From Lama glama (Eukaryota): 64,000 nucleotides of DNA. The stretch is taken from NCBI GenBank assembly GCA_028534125.1, contig CM052816.1:95730001-95794000 (forward strand), in the 5' to 3' direction. Positions within the stretch are counted from its first letter, which is position 1. Every line of letters starts with the position of its first letter. The notes below the pieces were generated by a model, which worked only from the letters and a program-made list of their open reading frames with translations, ran no database searches and was not told the origin of the DNA. Shown one piece after another: positions 61,972 through 64,000 of this stretch. The translations under genes were made by a program, and so were the position numbers.

Positions 61972-62899
61972 AAAACACGGATGCCCCAAACCAAATGAAT
62001 CTCTGGGGTAGGACCCAGGCATCAGTATTTAAACAAACAAAAAAAAACTTCTCCAGTTGATTTTAATATGCAGCTGGGGTTGAGATATCCGATCTGTCCT
62101 TGTCATCACCCTTACTCTGTTCAAGGAATAACCCTCTGAGGTTCTTTCCTCTTGCCTCACATGCTGCGGATCCAGGATGCAGAGAGGAGTAGAGAGGGGT
62201 CATCCTGCTGTCCCCACATCTACGTGTGTGCATGCGTGTGTGTGTTTACTCTTGCATAATACACTTCAGAGCTATGAGAGCAATGCCCTTTATAGTACTG
62301 CTTATCTCACTTTAATGAGCGCAGGGATCGCCCACGGATCTCATTAATGTTCTGAGGCAGTGGGTCTAGGTTGGGGTCCAGCAGTTTTGCATGTCTAACC
62401 AGCTCCCAGGGGACGTCAGTAGCTCTGAGCCACAGACCATTTGAGGAGCAAGGATGCAGAGCATTTAAAGTCTAATCAGAATTCTTATTTTATACACACA
62501 CACATACTGTTTTTCATCAATTGTAGTTTTTCATTTTCTCCCACATTGCAACAAATACGCAATTGAAATGCATCTTCCAAATGATAATGTCCTATGCTCA
62601 TGGGTCGACCAGCAAACAGTGGACACAGCTGACCTTGCCTGTGTGCAGGTACCCTTGGTCCTGGCTGTCACACGGGTGGTGTTTTGTGAGTCATAAGTGT
62701 GCTTAGTAACTACATGGTTGAGTTTAACTGACAGTTAAAATATCTCTGAAAATTACATGACTTGGCATTTAAAGAAAAACTTGTTAAATATACAGGAAGG
62801 CATGAAAACAGAGCAGCAGGGTGTAAATGTGTCGTTAGTAGAGCAAATACGGCTTTTTAGTACAATGGCCATATTCTCTCATTTCTTGCAAAACGACCA

Positions 62900-63285
62900 C
62901 CAGAGGCTTAGTGGTAGGTTATAACATTTGTTCAAGACACTCAGTGCCCCTCTCTACCTGGCCCCTCCTTCTTTCTTGCATCCACTTGTGGAAGGAACAT
63001 ACTTTGCACTCAATCCTGTCCCGCTTGACTGTGTGACTCCCTTTGGTCACTTCACTGGCGGTGAGCAGAGTGATGTATATATTCCTGAACAGAAGACTGA
63101 GGAGTCATCACACCGTTCTGCTGTTCCTCTGTCCCTCTGCCGTGAGGATGGCACGTCCCTGGTAGGGGGCCGTTGCCTCAGCCAACCTGAAAGCACACTG
63201 AACCCAGCGAGAACTAAACCTCTGTTGTTGTAAGCCCCTGGATTTTGATGGTGCTTGCTACCACGGCATAACTCATCACCAGCTG
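62900..63285 (+). mobile_element. Old MLT1 LTR fragment
   Basis: aaacctctgttgttgtaagcccctggattttga..ttgctaccacggcataac. Confidence 0.65.
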
Positions 63286-63508
63286 ACTAGTAGAGGGCTC
63301 AAAGAATAGAAGTAGGTGAAAATAAATTCCTACTGAGATACATGCAGAAGGATTCCCTAGTGCAGGGCAACTGATGCAACCAAAAGCAGGAGAAATCGCC
63401 AAATCCCCGAGAGCAGAACACAGGCTCTCAAGTTAAGGAGACAATGGCGGGATCAACTCATGAATCTTATTCACAGACTGTCCTTGAGGCATCTTGCTGT
63501 AAACTTAC

Positions 63509-64000
63509 AATTTATTTTTCTCAGCCACTTGAAAAATAAAAGCATGTCTTCCATCGTGCTGCCTTACAGGTCTTGGTGCCCACTCAGAGGCACCATGTTT
63601 CGTTCGAGGGATCCCATCCTGTTTATGTGCTGAATCACTTGTGCCCACTTCTCAAGCATCTTGATTTAAAAATCTGTCAAAGGACCGTGTGTGTGTCCTC
63701 CAATAAGGAATACATTGTATCATTTTTTTAAAAAGCAGATGTCAAACTGTTCCTGGGAGGAAAGATATAAGGCCTCTCGTGGTTGCTTTGCTTTTGAAGT
63801 CATGACTTTGTATCCAACGCCTGGAAGGAAGCTCTCCTTGCTCACGGTTGACACTCCTATTTCTTATTTGGATAACAATTCCTTTAAAACAATGGATAGG
63901 TTATTTGGGGGTGAGGGAGGAATAGGACAAGAGAGTAGTGCCTGCCAACTCATTTTCATTGTATTTGCTTTCGAATAGGAGGGGACAGTTATCATTATGG
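63509..64000 (-). pseudogene. Fossil exon, open at window edge
   Basis: Donor att|GTAAGT. One frame has 3 stops in ~164 codons (..FESKYNENELAGTTLL..GRHAFIFQVAEKNK); a second frame has 4 stops, so the frame is ambiguous. Confidence 0.5.

Larger units (their letters stand above)
11959..64000 (-). pseudogene. Large multi-exon unprocessed (fossil) pseudogene, unidentified protein; 5' end outside window
   Basis: About 21 repeat-poor blocks on the minus strand, mostly bounded by Y-rich..AG and GT signals, with phase-compatible lengths and protein-like frames interrupted by stops. Terminal stop at 12046-12048; AATAAA at 11959-11964. Confidence 0.8.

Noticed and set aside
1..64000. CRISPR arrays, prokaryotic operons, endogenous non-retroviral viral genes
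   Set aside because: The sequence is mammalian; no regularly spaced repeats or recognisable viral protein motifs were seen.

Overview
Mammalian genomic DNA, almost certainly camelid, based on a Vic-1-type tRNA-derived SINE with target-site duplications (TSDs) and artiodactyl/camelid-type L1 3' ends. I found no intact protein-coding gene, RNA gene or CRISPR array. Much of the window is ordinary interspersed repeat (L1, L2, MIR, MLT1/ERVL LTRs, MER20/MER5/MER63/Tigger5). The main observation is a very large fossil (unprocessed) pseudogene on the minus strand. About 21 exon-like blocks lie between ~12,046 and the right edge, roughly 12 kb of former coding sequence (about 4,000 codons). Most retain polypyrimidine-AG acceptors and GT donors, have lengths that keep one reading frame across long runs of consecutive junctions, and carry scattered in-frame stops. 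I could not recognise the protein, and its 5' end lies beyond the window. Repeat subfamily names come from memory of consensus sequences, and repeat boundaries are approximate.
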